A DNA stretch of 44,489 nucleotides from Dehalococcoidia bacterium (GTDB taxonomy: Bacteria > Chloroflexota > Dehalococcoidia > GIF9 > AB-539-J10), in the NCBI GenBank assembly GCA_003567655.1, contig PWZA01000008.1, forward strand, positions 1-44,489. Reading direction: 5' to 3'. This document shows positions 25,858-36,641 of this stretch, one piece after another. Each line of letters begins with the position of its first letter. The stretch's first letter is position 1. The notes under the pieces were generated by a model, which was not told the origin of the DNA, ran no database searches, and worked only from the letters and a program-made list of their open reading frames with translations. Both the position numbers and the translations under genes were made by a program.

Positions 25858-27927
25858 ATGTCGCGGCCATTCGCCCTAGAGCAGATTCGAAATATAGGGA
25901 TCATCGCTCACATAGACGCTGGCAAGACCACGGCTACTGAGATGATCCTGCACCATGCGGGACGCACTTACAAGATCGGAAGCGTGGATGCAGGGACTGC
26001 CGTAATGGATTGGATGCAGCAGGAGAGAGAGAGAGGCATCACGATCTCATCAGCAGCTACTACATGCCGCTGGCAGGACCATCGCATAAACATCATCGAT
26101 ACACCCGGCCACGTAGATTTCACCGCCGAGGTCGAGCGCAGTCTCCGTGTCCTTGATGGCGGAGTGGTCATCTTCGATGGCGTTGCAGGAGTGGAAGCAC
26201 AATCCGAGGCGGTTTGGCGCCAGGCAGACAAATACGGCATAGCCAGGATCTGCTTTGTCAACAAGATGGACAGGCTTGGTGCTGACTTCGACCGTACCGT
26301 GACTATGATCAACGAGAGGCTGCGCAGCAAGGCCTTACCAGTACAGCTACCCATAGGAAGCGAGAAACTCTTTAGAGGCATCATGGACCTCGTTGAGAAC
26401 AAGATCGTTTCTTTCAATTCAGATTCAGATCCGAACTCTATTCCTGATGACAGCGATGCGTCGCTCGCCAAGCATCGCCAAGCACTGATAGAGACCCTCG
26501 CCGAGATGGATGAAGAAATCATGGTGACCTACCTTGATGGAGAGGAGATCACTGCCTCCGCCATCAAGAGCGCAATAAGAAGGCTGACTGTTTCCAACCG
26601 CGTAGTGCCTGTCCTCTGCGGCAGTGCCTTGAGAGACAAAGGAATCCAACTGTTGCTCGATGCAATCGTCAACTACCTCCCCTCGCCAAACGATATACCT
26701 CCCGTTGTAGGCACCAACCCTAGAAGTGGCGAGGAGGTTCGTCGGGTGACGAGTGATGACGAGCCCTTTTCGGCGTTGGCGTTCAAGACGGTTTCCGACC
26801 CGTTTATGGGCAGGCTGGTCTACCTCCGTGTGTACTCAGGAAGGATTAGAGCAGGGGCACAGATCCTGAACTCCATCATAGACAAGAAGGAGAGGTTGGG
26901 TAAGCTCTACATCATGCATGCCGACCACCGAGAAGAAGTGGACCGTACCGAGGCCGGTGCCATTGTGGCAACGCTCGGACTTAAGCAGACGGCTACAGGT
27001 GACACCCTTTGCGACCCCACAAGGCCGGTGCTCTTCGAGGCAATACGATTTGCGGAGCCTGTGCTGGCCATGGCTGTTGAGCCCAAGAGTAAGGCTGACC
27101 AGGACAAGCTAGATGATACCCTGGCCAAACTGGCTGTTGAAGACCCGACCTTCAAGTTCTACCTTGACCAGGATACAGGACAGACCCTGATCGCGGGCAT
27201 GGGCGAACTCCACCTCGAGGTGCTGATGGACCGCGTGTTCCGTGAATACGGGATAAAGGTCAACGCCGGCAGGCCTCAGGTAGCTTATAAAGGTACGATC
27301 ACCGTTCCCGTCGAATCTGAAGGCAGGTTTGTGCGCCAATCGGGTGGCCGGGGCCAGTTCGGTCATGTCTGGCTCAAAATAGAGCCTGCTGAGCGTGGCA
27401 GCGGCTTTGAGTTTCGCGACCAGGTTCGCGGCGGGGCGATTCCCAGAGAATTCATCCCGGCGGTACAAGCCGGTGTTAAGTCAGTTATGCAGAGCGGAGG
27501 ATCATCCGGCTATCCTATAGTAGACGTGAAGGTTACCTTGTACGATGGTAGTTTCCACGAGGTTGATTCTTCGGAAGTGGCCTTCAGGATGGCAGGCTTC
27601 ATGGCCATGAGGGAAGGGGTAGACAAGGCCAAACCCGTCGTGCTTGAGCCGATTATGGAGGTGGAGATAATAACTCCTAACCAGTTCGTTGGAGACATTA
27701 TCGGCAGTTTAACTGCCAGAAGAGCTCATATCGCAGGGGTTGAGGGTCGCGACGAGTCCTCTACCATTCGCTGTCTGGTTCCTCTGGCGGAGACATTTGG
27801 TTTCGCCGGCGATTTGAGGTCGCTCAGTCAAGGGAGGGCGAGCCATACCATGCAGTTCCATCACTATGCGGAATTGCCTCAAAATATGGCCGACCAGATG
27901 TCTGCAAAGGCGGGAAGAAACAGATGA
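25858..27927 (+). CDS. fusA: Elongation factor G
   Basis: [21 protein letters not shown] and GMGELHLE; start ATG 25858. Confidence 0.97.
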   Translation: MSRPFALEQIRNIGIIAHIDAGKTTATEMILHHAGRTYKIGSVDAGTAVMDWMQQERERGITISSAATTCRWQDHRINIIDTPGHVDFTAEVERSLRVLDGGVVIFDGVAGVEAQSEAVWRQADKYGIARICFVNKMDRLGADFDRTVTMINERLRSKALPVQLPIGSEKLFRGIMDLVENKIVSFNSDSDPNSIPDDSDASLAKHRQALIETLAEMDEEIMVTYLDGEEITASAIKSAIRRLTVSNRVVPVLCGSALRDKGIQLLLDAIVNYLPSPNDIPPVVGTNPRSGEEVRRVTSDDEPFSALAFKTVSDPFMGRLVYLRVYSGRIRAGAQILNSIIDKKERLGKLYIMHADHREEVDRTEAGAIVATLGLKQTATGDTLCDPTRPVLFEAIRFAEPVLAMAVEPKSKADQDKLDDTLAKLAVEDPTFKFYLDQDTGQTLIAGMGELHLEVLMDRVFREYGIKVNAGRPQVAYKGTITVPVESEGRFVRQSGGRGQFGHVWLKIEPAERGSGFEFRDQVRGGAIPREFIPAVQAGVKSVMQSGGSSGYPIVDVKVTLYDGSFHEVDSSEVAFRMAGFMAMREGVDKAKPVVLEPIMEVEIITPNQFVGDIIGSLTARRAHIAGVEGRDESSTIRCLVPLAETFGFAGDLRSLSQGRASHTMQFHHYAELPQNMADQMSAKAGRNR

Positions 27928-28232
27928 CTTCGCAGAAGGTACGGATAAAGATAAAGAGCTTCGATCACAGATTGGCCGATCAAGCAGTAAGGCAAATACT
28001 AGAGACGATCGAGCGTACAGGGGCCATAGCAGTCGGCCCTGTTCCGCTGCCCACACATATAGAGAAGTTCTGCGTTATCCGTTCGCCCAACATCGATAAG
28101 GATTCCCGAGAACAATTTGAGATCAGGACCCATAAGAGGTTGATAGATATTGTGCAGCCAAGTTCCAAGACTATAGATGCTCTAAGTCAACTCAATCTAG
28201 CATCCGGGGTCGAGATCGATATTAGGTTGTAG
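27924..28232 (+). CDS. rpsJ: 30S protein S10
   Basis: GPVPLPT and [15 protein letters not shown]. Confidence 0.98.
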   Translation: MTSQKVRIKIKSFDHRLADQAVRQILETIERTGAIAVGPVPLPTHIEKFCVIRSPNIDKDSREQFEIRTHKRLIDIVQPSSKTIDALSQLNLASGVEIDIRL

Positions 28233-28240
28233 TTGAGACT

Positions 28241-28867
28241 ATGTATCCAGGTATTATCGGTAAGAAGATCGGCATGACTCAACTGTTCGAGGACAGCGGA
28301 GAGGCTGTTGCGGTGACTGTCATTCAGGCCGGCCCTTCAGTGATAACTCAGATTAAGAGTGCAGACAAGGATGGTTATAGCGCCATCCAGTTAGGCCTCA
28401 TCGTGGATGAGACTAAGAAGTGCCGGCTCAACTCGCCACAGAAGGGGCATCTCCGTGGGATAGAGAGGGTTTCCCATCTTCGCGAGTTCCGAACCTATGA
28501 CACCGAGTCAGTGAAGCGCGGGGACAAGGTAGATGTGAGCGCACTTAAGCGTGGTGACACGGTGACCATAACCGGCATCTCGAAAGGCAAGGGCTTTGCC
28601 GGCGTGGTGAAGCGACACGGTTTCGCGGGCGGACCGAAGAGCCATGGTCAGACTGACCGGCATCGTGCCCCCGGCTCCATTGGTGCGACCACATATCCCG
28701 GGCGGGTGTTCAAGGGGAAGCGCATGGCAGGACACATGGGTAATGCGAAGGTGAAGGCTCGTAACCTCGAGGTAGTTCAGACCGACCCGGAACGTAATCT
28801 GCTGTTGGTCAAGGGCGCAGTTCCCGGAGCCAACGGTGGTCTCTTGATAGTTGAGAAAGCGAGTTAA
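28241..28867 (+). CDS. rplC: 50S protein L3
   Basis: GKKIGMTQ, SKGKGFAG and RAPGSIG. Confidence 0.98.
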   Translation: MYPGIIGKKIGMTQLFEDSGEAVAVTVIQAGPSVITQIKSADKDGYSAIQLGLIVDETKKCRLNSPQKGHLRGIERVSHLREFRTYDTESVKRGDKVDVSALKRGDTVTITGISKGKGFAGVVKRHGFAGGPKSHGQTDRHRAPGSIGATTYPGRVFKGKRMAGHMGNAKVKARNLEVVQTDPERNLLLVKGAVPGANGGLLIVEKAS

Positions 28868-28878
28868 GGAAACAGGAA

Positions 28879-29502
28879 GTGGAATTGCCAGTATATAGTC
28901 TGAAGGGCGAAGTTGTAGACCAGATGCAGCTTAGCGAATCCGTCTTTGGACTCCCTTTCAACGGAGCGGTAGTGCATCAGGCTATGACCAGACAACTGGC
29001 CAACAGGCGCCAGGGCACTGCTGCGACTAAGGCTAGAAGTGAAGTTAAGGGGAGCACACGTAAGCTATATGCCCAGAAGCACACGGGCAGAGCCCGAAGG
29101 GGGAACGTTAAGTCGCCCTTGCTAAGGGGTGGTGGAGTGGTTTTCGGCCCCAATCCACGAACGTATAGGCAAGCTATGCCCAAGAAGATGAGGAGACTGG
29201 CACTGAAATGCCTTCTCTCCGCCAAGGTCAGAGAAGGGAACATGAGACTGGTACAGGAACTCGACTTTGAAGAGGCAAGGACAAGATACATGGTAGCTAC
29301 TCTGTCGTCGCTCGGCAGTGATTCCTCGGTCTTGATTCTCACTGACCGTTCGACGCCGGCTGTGGTCAAATCAGCAGCCAATCTACCAAGAGTAAAGGTT
29401 CTACCTTCGGCTCTCGTCAACGTGCTTGATCTGCTTTCCCATGAGATGCTGATAGCAACCGTGCCGGCAATACGTAACATTGAACAGATCTGGGGTGAAT
29501 GA
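28879..29502 (+). CDS. rplD: 50S protein L4
   Basis: QKHTGRARRG and GGGVVFGP. Confidence 0.98.
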   Translation: MELPVYSLKGEVVDQMQLSESVFGLPFNGAVVHQAMTRQLANRRQGTAATKARSEVKGSTRKLYAQKHTGRARRGNVKSPLLRGGGVVFGPNPRTYRQAMPKKMRRLALKCLLSAKVREGNMRLVQELDFEEARTRYMVATLSSLGSDSSVLILTDRSTPAVVKSAANLPRVKVLPSALVNVLDLLSHEMLIATVPAIRNIEQIWGE

Positions 29503-29503
29503 A

Positions 29504-29788
29504 GTGCATCTTTACGAAGTTCTGCGGCGTCCTCTGATTACAGAGAAGGCTACCTTATTGAAAGAGGGAGACAAGTACGCATTTGAAGTGGCGAACAAAG
29601 CCAGCAAGCCTCAGATCAAAGAGGCAGTGGAACAAGCTTTCAGAGTAAGAGTGAACGGTGTCAATGTGATAACTATGCCCGGAAAGACAAAGAGGTTCGG
29701 CCGTAGACAGGTGACTAGCTCATCCTGGAAGAAGGCAATAGTTACTTTAGCTCCGGGAGACAAGATTACATTCTTTGAGGGTGTTTAA
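29504..29788 (+). CDS. rplW: 50S protein L23
   Basis: RPLITEKA and WKKAIVTL; probable GTG start at 29504. Confidence 0.96.
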   Translation: MHLYEVLRRPLITEKATLLKEGDKYAFEVANKASKPQIKEAVEQAFRVRVNGVNVITMPGKTKRFGRRQVTSSSWKKAIVTLAPGDKITFFEGV

Positions 29789-29883
29789 TGGGTTCAGTAA
29801 CCAAGTGGCGAAAACGGAAGATGTCCAAGCACAGGCACAAGAAGTTGCTTAAGAAGACTCGCTGGCAAAGGACACACAAGTAA
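29788..29883 (+). CDS. 31-aa basic protein, bS22 (AURKAIP1/COX24/mS38-family) ribosomal protein-like
   Basis: [31 protein letters not shown]; TAATG coupling to rplW with upstream GAGG; resembles mycobacterial bS22 ([21 protein letters not shown]...). Confidence 0.85.
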   Translation: MGSVTKWRKRKMSKHRHKKLLKKTRWQRTHK

Positions 29884-29893
29884 GGAACGATAC

Positions 29894-30724
29894 GTGGGAT
29901 TGAAGACATATCGTCCAACCTCTCCAGGCAGGAGGTTCATGTCTGGTGCTACTTTCGAGGAGCTGTCTAAGGTAGCTCCTGAGAAGTCATTGCTGGTTAC
30001 GTTGAAGAAGAAGGGAGGACGTAACAGCCGGGGTGTCTTGACAGTCCGCCACAGAGGTGGGGGCAGTAAGCGTAAGCTGCGCCTAATAGACTTCAAGAGG
30101 GATAAGATAGGCGTCCCGGGAAAGGTTGCCTCCCTTGAATACGATCCTAACCGATCAGCCCGTATTGCCCTGATTCATTATGTTGACGGCGAGAAGCGGT
30201 ACATACTGGCTCCATTGGGCATTAAGCCCGGGGACACTATACGGTCGGGTGAGGATGTTGACATAAGAATAGGCAACGCTCTGTCGTTAGCTTCTATTCC
30301 AGTGGGCACCTCAGTGCACAATGTGGAATTCGAGCCCGGAAAGGGCGGAAAGCTGGTCCATAGCGCCGGAAACTCTGCCCGTGTCATGAGCAAGGAGGGC
30401 AAGTACGTTGTGCTGGAACTCCCGTCAGGCGAACTGCGTAAGTTTCACCAAAAGTGCTGGGCCACTGTGGGACAGATAGGCAATGTCGATCACGGAAGCG
30501 TAAAGCTGGGGAAAGCCGGGAGCAAGAGATGGCGCGGCAAGCGACCTGTGGTCAGAGGCTCTGCCATGACTCCTCGTGACCATCCACACGGCGGTGGAGA
30601 GGGTAAAGCCCCACTGGGGATGCCTCCGAAGACTCCGTGGGGAAAGCCAGCTTTGGGAGGCAAGACTCGCAGGCGTAAGACGTCAGACAAAATGATACTT
30701 AAGGGGAGAAAGCAAGATGTCTAG
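29894..30724 (+). CDS. rplB: 50S protein L2
   Basis: [12 protein letters not shown] and DHPHGGGEG. Confidence 0.98.
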   Translation: MGLKTYRPTSPGRRFMSGATFEELSKVAPEKSLLVTLKKKGGRNSRGVLTVRHRGGGSKRKLRLIDFKRDKIGVPGKVASLEYDPNRSARIALIHYVDGEKRYILAPLGIKPGDTIRSGEDVDIRIGNALSLASIPVGTSVHNVEFEPGKGGKLVHSAGNSARVMSKEGKYVVLELPSGELRKFHQKCWATVGQIGNVDHGSVKLGKAGSKRWRGKRPVVRGSAMTPRDHPHGGGEGKAPLGMPPKTPWGKPALGGKTRRRKTSDKMILKGRKQDV

Positions 30725-31004
30725 GTCGCTCAAGAAAGGACCCTTCTGTGATGCTAAATTGCTCAAGAAGGTGGAAGCGCTCAATGATTCGGGCCAAAAG
30801 GCAGTCATAAAGACATGGTCTCGTGCATCAACCGTTATGCCTCAGATGATAGGCCATACTATTGCAGTACACAACGGCAGAAGGCATGTCCCCATCTTCA
30901 TCACTGAGAACATGGTGGGGCATAAGCTGGCAGAGTTTGCCGCTACAAGGACATACAGGGGACACGTCGCCAAATCTAAGGCTGCGCAGGCGAGGAGGAA
31001 GTAA
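30717..31004 (+). CDS. rpsS: 30S protein S19
   Basis: [15 protein letters not shown] and MVGHKL. Confidence 0.98.
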   Translation: MSRSLKKGPFCDAKLLKKVEALNDSGQKAVIKTWSRASTVMPQMIGHTIAVHNGRRHVPIFITENMVGHKLAEFAATRTYRGHVAKSKAAQARRK

Positions 31005-31010
31005 GGAACG

Positions 31011-31349
31011 ATGAAGGTGCGAGCTATGGCTAAGGACATCGGTGTTTCGCCTCAGAAGGTTCGCCTGACGATGGATATGGTCAGAGGCAAGAAGGTCGAT
31101 GAGGCATTGACCATCCTCAACTTCTCGCCTACACCGACAGCCAAGGCCGTAGCCAAGGTGATTAGATCGGCAGCATCCAATGCGGAGAACAACTTCCATA
31201 TGTCCCCGGCTGATCTGAGGATAACTGACATATTCGCTGACAAGGGACACACTCTGAAGAGATTCCGCCCCCAGTCAAGGGGAAGAGCCAGCCCCATCTT
31301 GAAGCGATCCAGTCGCATTACGGTTTTCGTTGCTGAAAGGGAGGAATAG
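31011..31349 (+). CDS. rplV: 50S protein L22
   Basis: SPQKVRL, SAASNAENN and position. Confidence 0.98.
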   Translation: MKVRAMAKDIGVSPQKVRLTMDMVRGKKVDEALTILNFSPTPTAKAVAKVIRSAASNAENNFHMSPADLRITDIFADKGHTLKRFRPQSRGRASPILKRSSRITVFVAEREE

Positions 31350-31351
31350 TT

Positions 31352-32032
31352 TTGGGACAGAAAGTTCATCCTTACGGTTTCAGACTGGGCGTCAACCAGG
31401 ATTGGCGGGCCAAGTGGTATGCCGGCAAGAACTATGACCAACTCTTGCTTGACGATCTCAGGTTGCGCAGGGTTGTCGAGGACAGGTGTATGGCAGGTGC
31501 GGTTGCGCGAGTGGAAATCGAACGCTCGGGTGACGAGGTATACCTGACCCTCTATTCAGCGCGGCCTGGCATCTTGATCGGGAGAGGCGGACAGAATGTG
31601 GAGGCACTCAAGTCGGAACTGGAGGAGGTCAGCAGAGACAAGGTTAGACTTACGATCAGGGAGGTAGAGCACCCTGAACTAGAGGCGATTCTGGTAGCCC
31701 GGAGCATCGCTGGACGACTCGAAGAGAGGATCCCTTTTCGGAGAGCGATGAGGCAAGCCGCTTTCCGAACGATGCAGGCCGGAGCCAAGGGAGTAAAGAT
31801 AATGTGCAGAGGAAGGCTTGGCGGACTGGAAATCGCCAGGACAGAGACCCTGCGACAGGGGCAGATGCCACTGCATAAGCTACGTGCCAACATCGATTAC
31901 GGTTTGGCCGAAGCCCATACCCTGATGGGGCTTATCGGAATCAAGGTATGGATCTATAAGGGCGATATAGTGCCTGAGACAAAGGAGACGAGTGCTACAG
32001 CCGAAACGAGTGAAGTACCGCAAGGTACATAG
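31352..32032 (+). CDS. rpsC: 30S protein S3
   Basis: [12 protein letters not shown] and [10 protein letters not shown]; TTG start. Confidence 0.98.
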   Translation: MGQKVHPYGFRLGVNQDWRAKWYAGKNYDQLLLDDLRLRRVVEDRCMAGAVARVEIERSGDEVYLTLYSARPGILIGRGGQNVEALKSELEEVSRDKVRLTIREVEHPELEAILVARSIAGRLEERIPFRRAMRQAAFRTMQAGAKGVKIMCRGRLGGLEIARTETLRQGQMPLHKLRANIDYGLAEAHTLMGLIGIKVWIYKGDIVPETKETSATAETSEVPQGT

Positions 32033-32417
32033 AGGAAGAATGAAGGGCAGTGCCCATAGCGGCGACACCATCGCCTTCGGCGACTACGCCCTAAGGGCCG
32101 AAGAATCATCCTGGATAACAGCGCGACAGATTGAAGCAACCCGCCGCGTCCTTGTCCGCCATCTGCAACGCGGAGGCAAGCTCTGGATAAGGGTTTTCCC
32201 CGATAAGTCAGTGACTAAGAAGCCTGCCGAAACGAGGATGGGCAGCGGGAAAGGCGCTCCGGAGTTTTGGGTTGCCGTGGTTAAGAGGGGCAGGATTCTA
32301 TTTGAACTGGCCGGCGTAAAGGAGAATGTGGCTGCCGAGGCAGTTCATCTCGCCTCCTATAAGCTGCCCATAGCAACCAGTTTTGTGACTAGGGAAAGGC
32401 AGAAGATTGAAGGCTAG
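31992..32417 (+). CDS. rplP: 50S protein L16
   Basis: [10 protein letters not shown] and ETRMGSGKG. Confidence 0.98.
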   Translation: MLQPKRVKYRKVHRGRMKGSAHSGDTIAFGDYALRAEESSWITARQIEATRRVLVRHLQRGGKLWIRVFPDKSVTKKPAETRMGSGKGAPEFWVAVVKRGRILFELAGVKENVAAEAVHLASYKLPIATSFVTRERQKIEG

Positions 32418-32607
32418 TGAAGTGCGCGCGCTGAACGATGAGGAGCTTGCAAAGAAGCTCGAAGAGGCTCATGAGGAGCTATTCAACCTGCGTTTTCGCC
32501 TGGCCACAAGGCAACTGGAGAATCATCGGGAGATTCCCAGAGTTAAGAAAAGGATTGCTAGAATCAAGACCATTTTAAGGGAAAGAGAGCTTGAGGCAAT
32601 AAGATGA
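32407..32607 (+). CDS. rpmC: 50S protein L29
   Basis: ELFNLRF and IARIKTIL. Confidence 0.97.
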   Translation: MKASEVRALNDEELAKKLEEAHEELFNLRFRLATRQLENHREIPRVKKRIARIKTILRERELEAIR

Positions 32608-32891
32608 CTGAACTTCCTAGAAGAAAGGTTAGAGAGGGCTTGGTCGTGAGTGACAAGATGGATAAGACCGTGGTGGTGGCTGTGGAAACCAGGAAAGTCC
32701 ACCCGCTCTACAAGAAAGCAGTAAAGGTTACCAACAAGTACAAGGCCCACGACGCTGAGAACGCCTGCAAGATTGGAGACAAGGTAAGGATAGTCGAAAC
32801 TCGCCCCTTATCCAAGGAGAAGAGATGGCGGGTGGCGGGGATAGTGCCTAAGAAGGAAGCGGTTGGAGTTAAACCAGAGCAAGAGAAATGA
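32604..32891 (+). CDS. rpsQ: 30S protein S17
   Basis: [12 protein letters not shown] and ETRPLSK. Confidence 0.98.
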   Translation: MTELPRRKVREGLVVSDKMDKTVVVAVETRKVHPLYKKAVKVTNKYKAHDAENACKIGDKVRIVETRPLSKEKRWRVAGIVPKKEAVGVKPEQEK

Positions 32892-33253
32892 TTCAGACTC
32901 ATTCCAGGCTTAAGATAGCTGATAACACTGGGGCCAAGCAGATCATGTGCATCAATGTACTGGTCGGCGCAAGGAAGTACGCCCGCATAGGGGATGTAAT
33001 CGTAGCTACCGTTAAGCGGGCGATGCCCCACGGAATGGTTAAAGAGGGAGATGTAATTCGAGCAGTAGTTGTACGTGTGGCCAAAGGTTACCGCCGCTCG
33101 GATGGCTCCTACATCAGGTTTGATGAGAATGCCGCCGTTGTCCTTGGTGATAGAAATAATCCCAGAGGCAGCCGCATATTCGGCCCCGTGGCCCGAGAAC
33201 TCAGAGAGAAGAACTACACCAAGATAGTGTCGCTTGCTCCAGAGGTTATATGA
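32888..33253 (+). CDS. rplN: 50S protein L14
   Basis: ADNTGAK and [11 protein letters not shown]. Confidence 0.98.
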   Translation: MIQTHSRLKIADNTGAKQIMCINVLVGARKYARIGDVIVATVKRAMPHGMVKEGDVIRAVVVRVAKGYRRSDGSYIRFDENAAVVLGDRNNPRGSRIFGPVARELREKNYTKIVSLAPEVI

Positions 33254-33254
33254 G

Positions 33255-33566
33255 ATGAACATCAGGAAGAACGATACTGTGATCGTAATCGCCGGCAAGG
33301 ACAGAGGCAAGAGCGGTAAGGTACGACGTGTCATCCCCGGGAAGGATAGAGTGGTGGTTGAGGGGCTCAACATGATCAAGCGCCATTCTCGAGCACGGAG
33401 AGCCACCCGCCAGGCAGGCATAATCGACCTGGAGTCTCCGATTCACGTATCGAACTTAATGCTGCTTTGCAGCAAGTGCGGCAAGCGTACTCGGGTTGGT
33501 TCCCGCTCACTCGCAGATGGCAAGAGGGTTCGCATTTGCATTTCGTGTCAAGAAGTGGTTGACTAG
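33255..33566 (+). CDS. rplX: 50S protein L24
   Basis: KOW motif [10 protein letters not shown] and PIHVSN; start ATG 33255. Confidence 0.97.
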   Translation: MNIRKNDTVIVIAGKDRGKSGKVRRVIPGKDRVVVEGLNMIKRHSRARRATRQAGIIDLESPIHVSNLMLLCSKCGKRTRVGSRSLADGKRVRICISCQEVVD

Positions 33567-33577
33567 AGGGTTTGATT

Positions 33578-34123
33578 ATGAAATCTCGCATGCAGGAACG
33601 ATACACGACGGAGGTGATTCCCCAGTTGAAGACCAGACTGGGTTATAGCAACGCAATGCAGTTGCCCAAGCTACAGAAGATTGTACTCAGCATCGGCCTG
33701 GGAGAAGCCATTCAGGACGCGAAGGCGCTTGAAGCAGCTACAAGGGACCTATCTACGATCTCCGGCCAGCAGCCGGTGACAACGAGGGCAAAGAAGCCCA
33801 TAGCTTCTTTCAAGCTGAGGGCCGGCATGCCGATAGGCACGATGGTTACACTGCGAGGCAAGAGGATGTACGACTTCTTCGACAAGCTCGTTAGTATAGT
33901 TCTGCCCAGGTTCAGGGATTTCCGGGGAGTGTCACCGGACTCCTTTGATGGGCGGGGAAACTACAACCTGGGCATAAGAGAACAAGCTGTCTTCTCGGAG
34001 ATCGATTACGACAAGATTGACAAGATCCGAGGGCTCGAAGTTACTATTGTAACGACGGCTAAGAACGACAATGAGGGAAGGGCTTTGCTAGAACTGATGG
34101 GTGTGCCCTTCAGGAGAGCTTGA
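33578..34123 (+). CDS. rplE: 50S protein L5
   Basis: [18 protein letters not shown] and FDGRGNY. Confidence 0.98.
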   Translation: MKSRMQERYTTEVIPQLKTRLGYSNAMQLPKLQKIVLSIGLGEAIQDAKALEAATRDLSTISGQQPVTTRAKKPIASFKLRAGMPIGTMVTLRGKRMYDFFDKLVSIVLPRFRDFRGVSPDSFDGRGNYNLGIREQAVFSEIDYDKIDKIRGLEVTIVTTAKNDNEGRALLELMGVPFRRA

Positions 34124-34124
34124 T

Positions 34125-34310
34125 ATGGCGAAACTATCGAAGATCGTTAAGTCAAGAAAGCCACCCAAGTACAGGGTGCAGCAACGTAATCGGTGCCGAG
34201 TATGCGGCAGGCCGCGTGCTTATATGCGTAGATTCGGCCTGTGCCGCATTTGCTTCCGGGAGCTGGCTGTAACGGGGGTGATACCCGGCATAAGAAAGTC
34301 GAGTTGGTGA
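34125..34310 (+). CDS. rpsN: 30S protein S14, short Zn-binding type (type Z)
   Basis: RCRVCGRPR...CRICFR; 61 aa. Confidence 0.97.
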   Translation: MAKLSKIVKSRKPPKYRVQQRNRCRVCGRPRAYMRRFGLCRICFRELAVTGVIPGIRKSSW

Positions 34311-34316
34311 ATATAG

Positions 34317-34712
34317 ATGACAGTTACTGATCCGATTGCTGATATGCTGACGCGAATGCGTAACGCCATCATGGCCGGGCATGACGGTGTCCTTATACCC
34401 GCTTCTCAGATAAAGCTGGCCATGCTCAAGATACTCAAGCAAGAGGGCTTTGTCGACCAATATGAGGTGGTGAAGGGGAAACCGCAATCCATGATAAAGG
34501 TCCACCTCAAGTACACAGATGAGCAGCCGGCAATACTGGGCTTGGAGAGGGTGAGTAAGCCAGGTTTGAGAGTCTATGTCGACAAACGTAAGATTCCCCG
34601 TGTCTACGGAGGCCTGGGTATAGCCATTCTATCAACATCCAAAGGCATTATGACCGGCCAGGAGGCATGGAGGCAGCATCTCGGCGGCGAGATCCTGTGC
34701 TATGTGTGGTAA
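34317..34712 (+). CDS. rpsH: 30S protein S8
   Basis: DPIADMLTR and SKPGLRVY. Confidence 0.98.
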   Translation: MTVTDPIADMLTRMRNAIMAGHDGVLIPASQIKLAMLKILKQEGFVDQYEVVKGKPQSMIKVHLKYTDEQPAILGLERVSKPGLRVYVDKRKIPRVYGGLGIAILSTSKGIMTGQEAWRQHLGGEILCYVW

Positions 34713-34734
34713 TTTGATCCAGGAGTTATAGATT

Positions 34735-35280
34735 ATGTCTCGTATTGGCTTGCGCCCTATTGCTATACCCGAAGGAACCGAGATTAAGATCGACGGGAGC
34801 GAAGTCGTCGTCAAGGGCGGTAAGGGAGAACTCATTCGTCGACTGCACCCCGACATGTCTGTCACCCTGGAAAACGGACATCTGATCGTAACCCGGCCCA
34901 CTGACAGCAAGATTCACCGCTCCTTACACGGGCTCACGCGCAGCCTTCTGGCAAATATGGTGACGGGAGTGAGCGAAGGTTTTGAGAGGGTCCTGGAGAT
35001 AAATGGCGTGGGCTATAGGGCTCAGAAGGCTGGTGAAAAGCTTACGCTGCAAGTGGGATATGCCAATACAGTAGAGTTCTCTCCCCCACCCGGCATTGAC
35101 ATTGGCGTTGAAGGAACAAACCGCGTTCGGGTTTCGGGCATTGATAAGCAGGCTGTGGGCGAAACGGCAGCCCGAATTCGGGCAGTCCGTCCTGCCGATT
35201 CTTACAAAGGCAAGGGCATCAAGTATTCTGAAGAGGTACTCCATCTCAAGCCCGGCAAGGCGGGCAAGAGGGCCAAGTAG
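34735..35280 (+). CDS. rplF: 50S protein L6
   Basis: MSRIG, GVGYRA and YKGKGIKY. Confidence 0.98.
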   Translation: MSRIGLRPIAIPEGTEIKIDGSEVVVKGGKGELIRRLHPDMSVTLENGHLIVTRPTDSKIHRSLHGLTRSLLANMVTGVSEGFERVLEINGVGYRAQKAGEKLTLQVGYANTVEFSPPPGIDIGVEGTNRVRVSGIDKQAVGETAARIRAVRPADSYKGKGIKYSEEVLHLKPGKAGKRAK

Positions 35281-35291
35281 AGCATTAGACC

Positions 35292-35657
35292 ATGAGCAAG
35301 AAGAACTCAAGGGCAGTCAGAAGAGTCCGCCACACAAGGGTCAGGCGAAAGATAACAGGATCAGTATCGCGACCCCGGCTATGTGTCTTCCGCAGCCTGA
35401 ACCACATCTACGCTCAGTTGATCGATGATTCCGCCGCCCGGACACTGGTATCAATGAGCAGTCTTGATCCCGAAGTCAGGAGTAAGGCAGACCTGACGGG
35501 AAAGAGCAAGAAGGCCGAAACAGTGGGAAAGCTGATTGCGGAGAAAGCGCTCGATAAAGGCATTAAGCAGGTGGTTTTTGACCGCGGAGGCAATAGGTAT
35601 CACGGCAGAGTCAAGGCTCTGTCCGAGGCCGCGAGGAAGGCCGGATTGGAGTTTTGA
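35292..35657 (+). CDS. rplR: 50S protein L18
   Basis: RPRLCVFRS and VVFDRGG..YHGRV. Confidence 0.98.
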   Translation: MSKKNSRAVRRVRHTRVRRKITGSVSRPRLCVFRSLNHIYAQLIDDSAARTLVSMSSLDPEVRSKADLTGKSKKAETVGKLIAEKALDKGIKQVVFDRGGNRYHGRVKALSEAARKAGLEF

Positions 35658-35667
35658 GAGAGACCTT

Positions 35668-36210
35668 ATGAAAGCAGTTACGAGAACAAGAGTAAAGAGG
35701 GCCAAAATCGATGCCTCCGATCTGACTCTCGAGGAGAAGCTTCTGGGCATCGATCGAGTCACCAAAGTGGTGAAAGGTGGCAGGCATCTCCGATTCAGAG
35801 CATCGGTAGTAGTTGGTGACGGTCAGGGACACGTGGGATTCAGTTCAGCCAAAGCCTCTGCGGTGCCCGAGGCAGTTCGCAAGGCAGGAGCTATGGCAAG
35901 GAGAGAGATGATCAAGGTGCCCGTTAAGGACGGCACCATTCCCCATGAGATTGTGGCCAAGTTTGGTGCATCCAGGCTACTACTGAAGCCGGCGACTCTG
36001 GGGACCGGGTTGATTGTCAACAATACATCTCGAGCGTTGCTTGAACTAGCGGGCATAACAGACATACTCGGAAAGTCGTTTGGCGGTACGAGCAAGATAA
36101 ACGTGGCTAAGGCAACGATACTCGCCTTATCTAGCTTGAGGCAGAGCGAAGAGGAGTCTATTCCGGACGTAGCCGAAGATCAGGAAGCAGAAGCAGATGA
36201 AACAGAATGA
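35668..36210 (+). CDS. rpsE: 30S protein S5
   Basis: RVTKVVKGGR and VVVGDG; start ATG 35668. Confidence 0.96.
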   Translation: MKAVTRTRVKRAKIDASDLTLEEKLLGIDRVTKVVKGGRHLRFRASVVVGDGQGHVGFSSAKASAVPEAVRKAGAMARREMIKVPVKDGTIPHEIVAKFGASRLLLKPATLGTGLIVNNTSRALLELAGITDILGKSFGGTSKINVAKATILALSSLRQSEEESIPDVAEDQEAEADETE

Positions 36211-36640
36211 ACTCAGACCGCCTGCAGGCGCAAAGCACAAGAAGAAACGGCTAGGCAGAGGTGACGGCAGCGGGCATGGCACTTATTCAGGACGCGGCTG
36301 CAAGGGACAGAATTCCCGCTCTGGTGGCGGTGTGAGACTCGGCTTTGAGGGGGGCCAGCTGCCTTTGATACAGCGGCTGCCCAGAAAGAGGGGTTTCACT
36401 AACCTATTCAAGATCGAGTACAACGTTGTGAATGTGGGAAGGCTCGAGATTTTCTCACCGGGGACTGAAGTAGACTCTGAGGAGTTGCTCCGTGCAGGGC
36501 TGATTAGCACCCGGGACCACCCAACCAAGATTCTAGGCCAGGGAGAGATCCGGCATCCATTGGTAGTTACGGCCAACAGATTTTCTGCATCGGCAGAGAA
36601 GAAGATCATCGATGCCGGAGGGAAGATAATAAAGGCTTAG
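36197..36640 (+). CDS. rplO: 50S protein L15
   Basis: GRGDGSG and GFEGGQLPL..RLPRKRGF. Confidence 0.98.
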   Translation: MKQNELRPPAGAKHKKKRLGRGDGSGHGTYSGRGCKGQNSRSGGGVRLGFEGGQLPLIQRLPRKRGFTNLFKIEYNVVNVGRLEIFSPGTEVDSEELLRAGLISTRDHPTKILGQGEIRHPLVVTANRFSASAEKKIIDAGGKIIKA

Positions 36641-36641
36641 C

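Noticed and set aside
29794-30096. Minus-strand 100-aa ORF across the rplW-rplB gap
   Set aside because: Antisense to rplB and to the better-supported bS22-like ORF.
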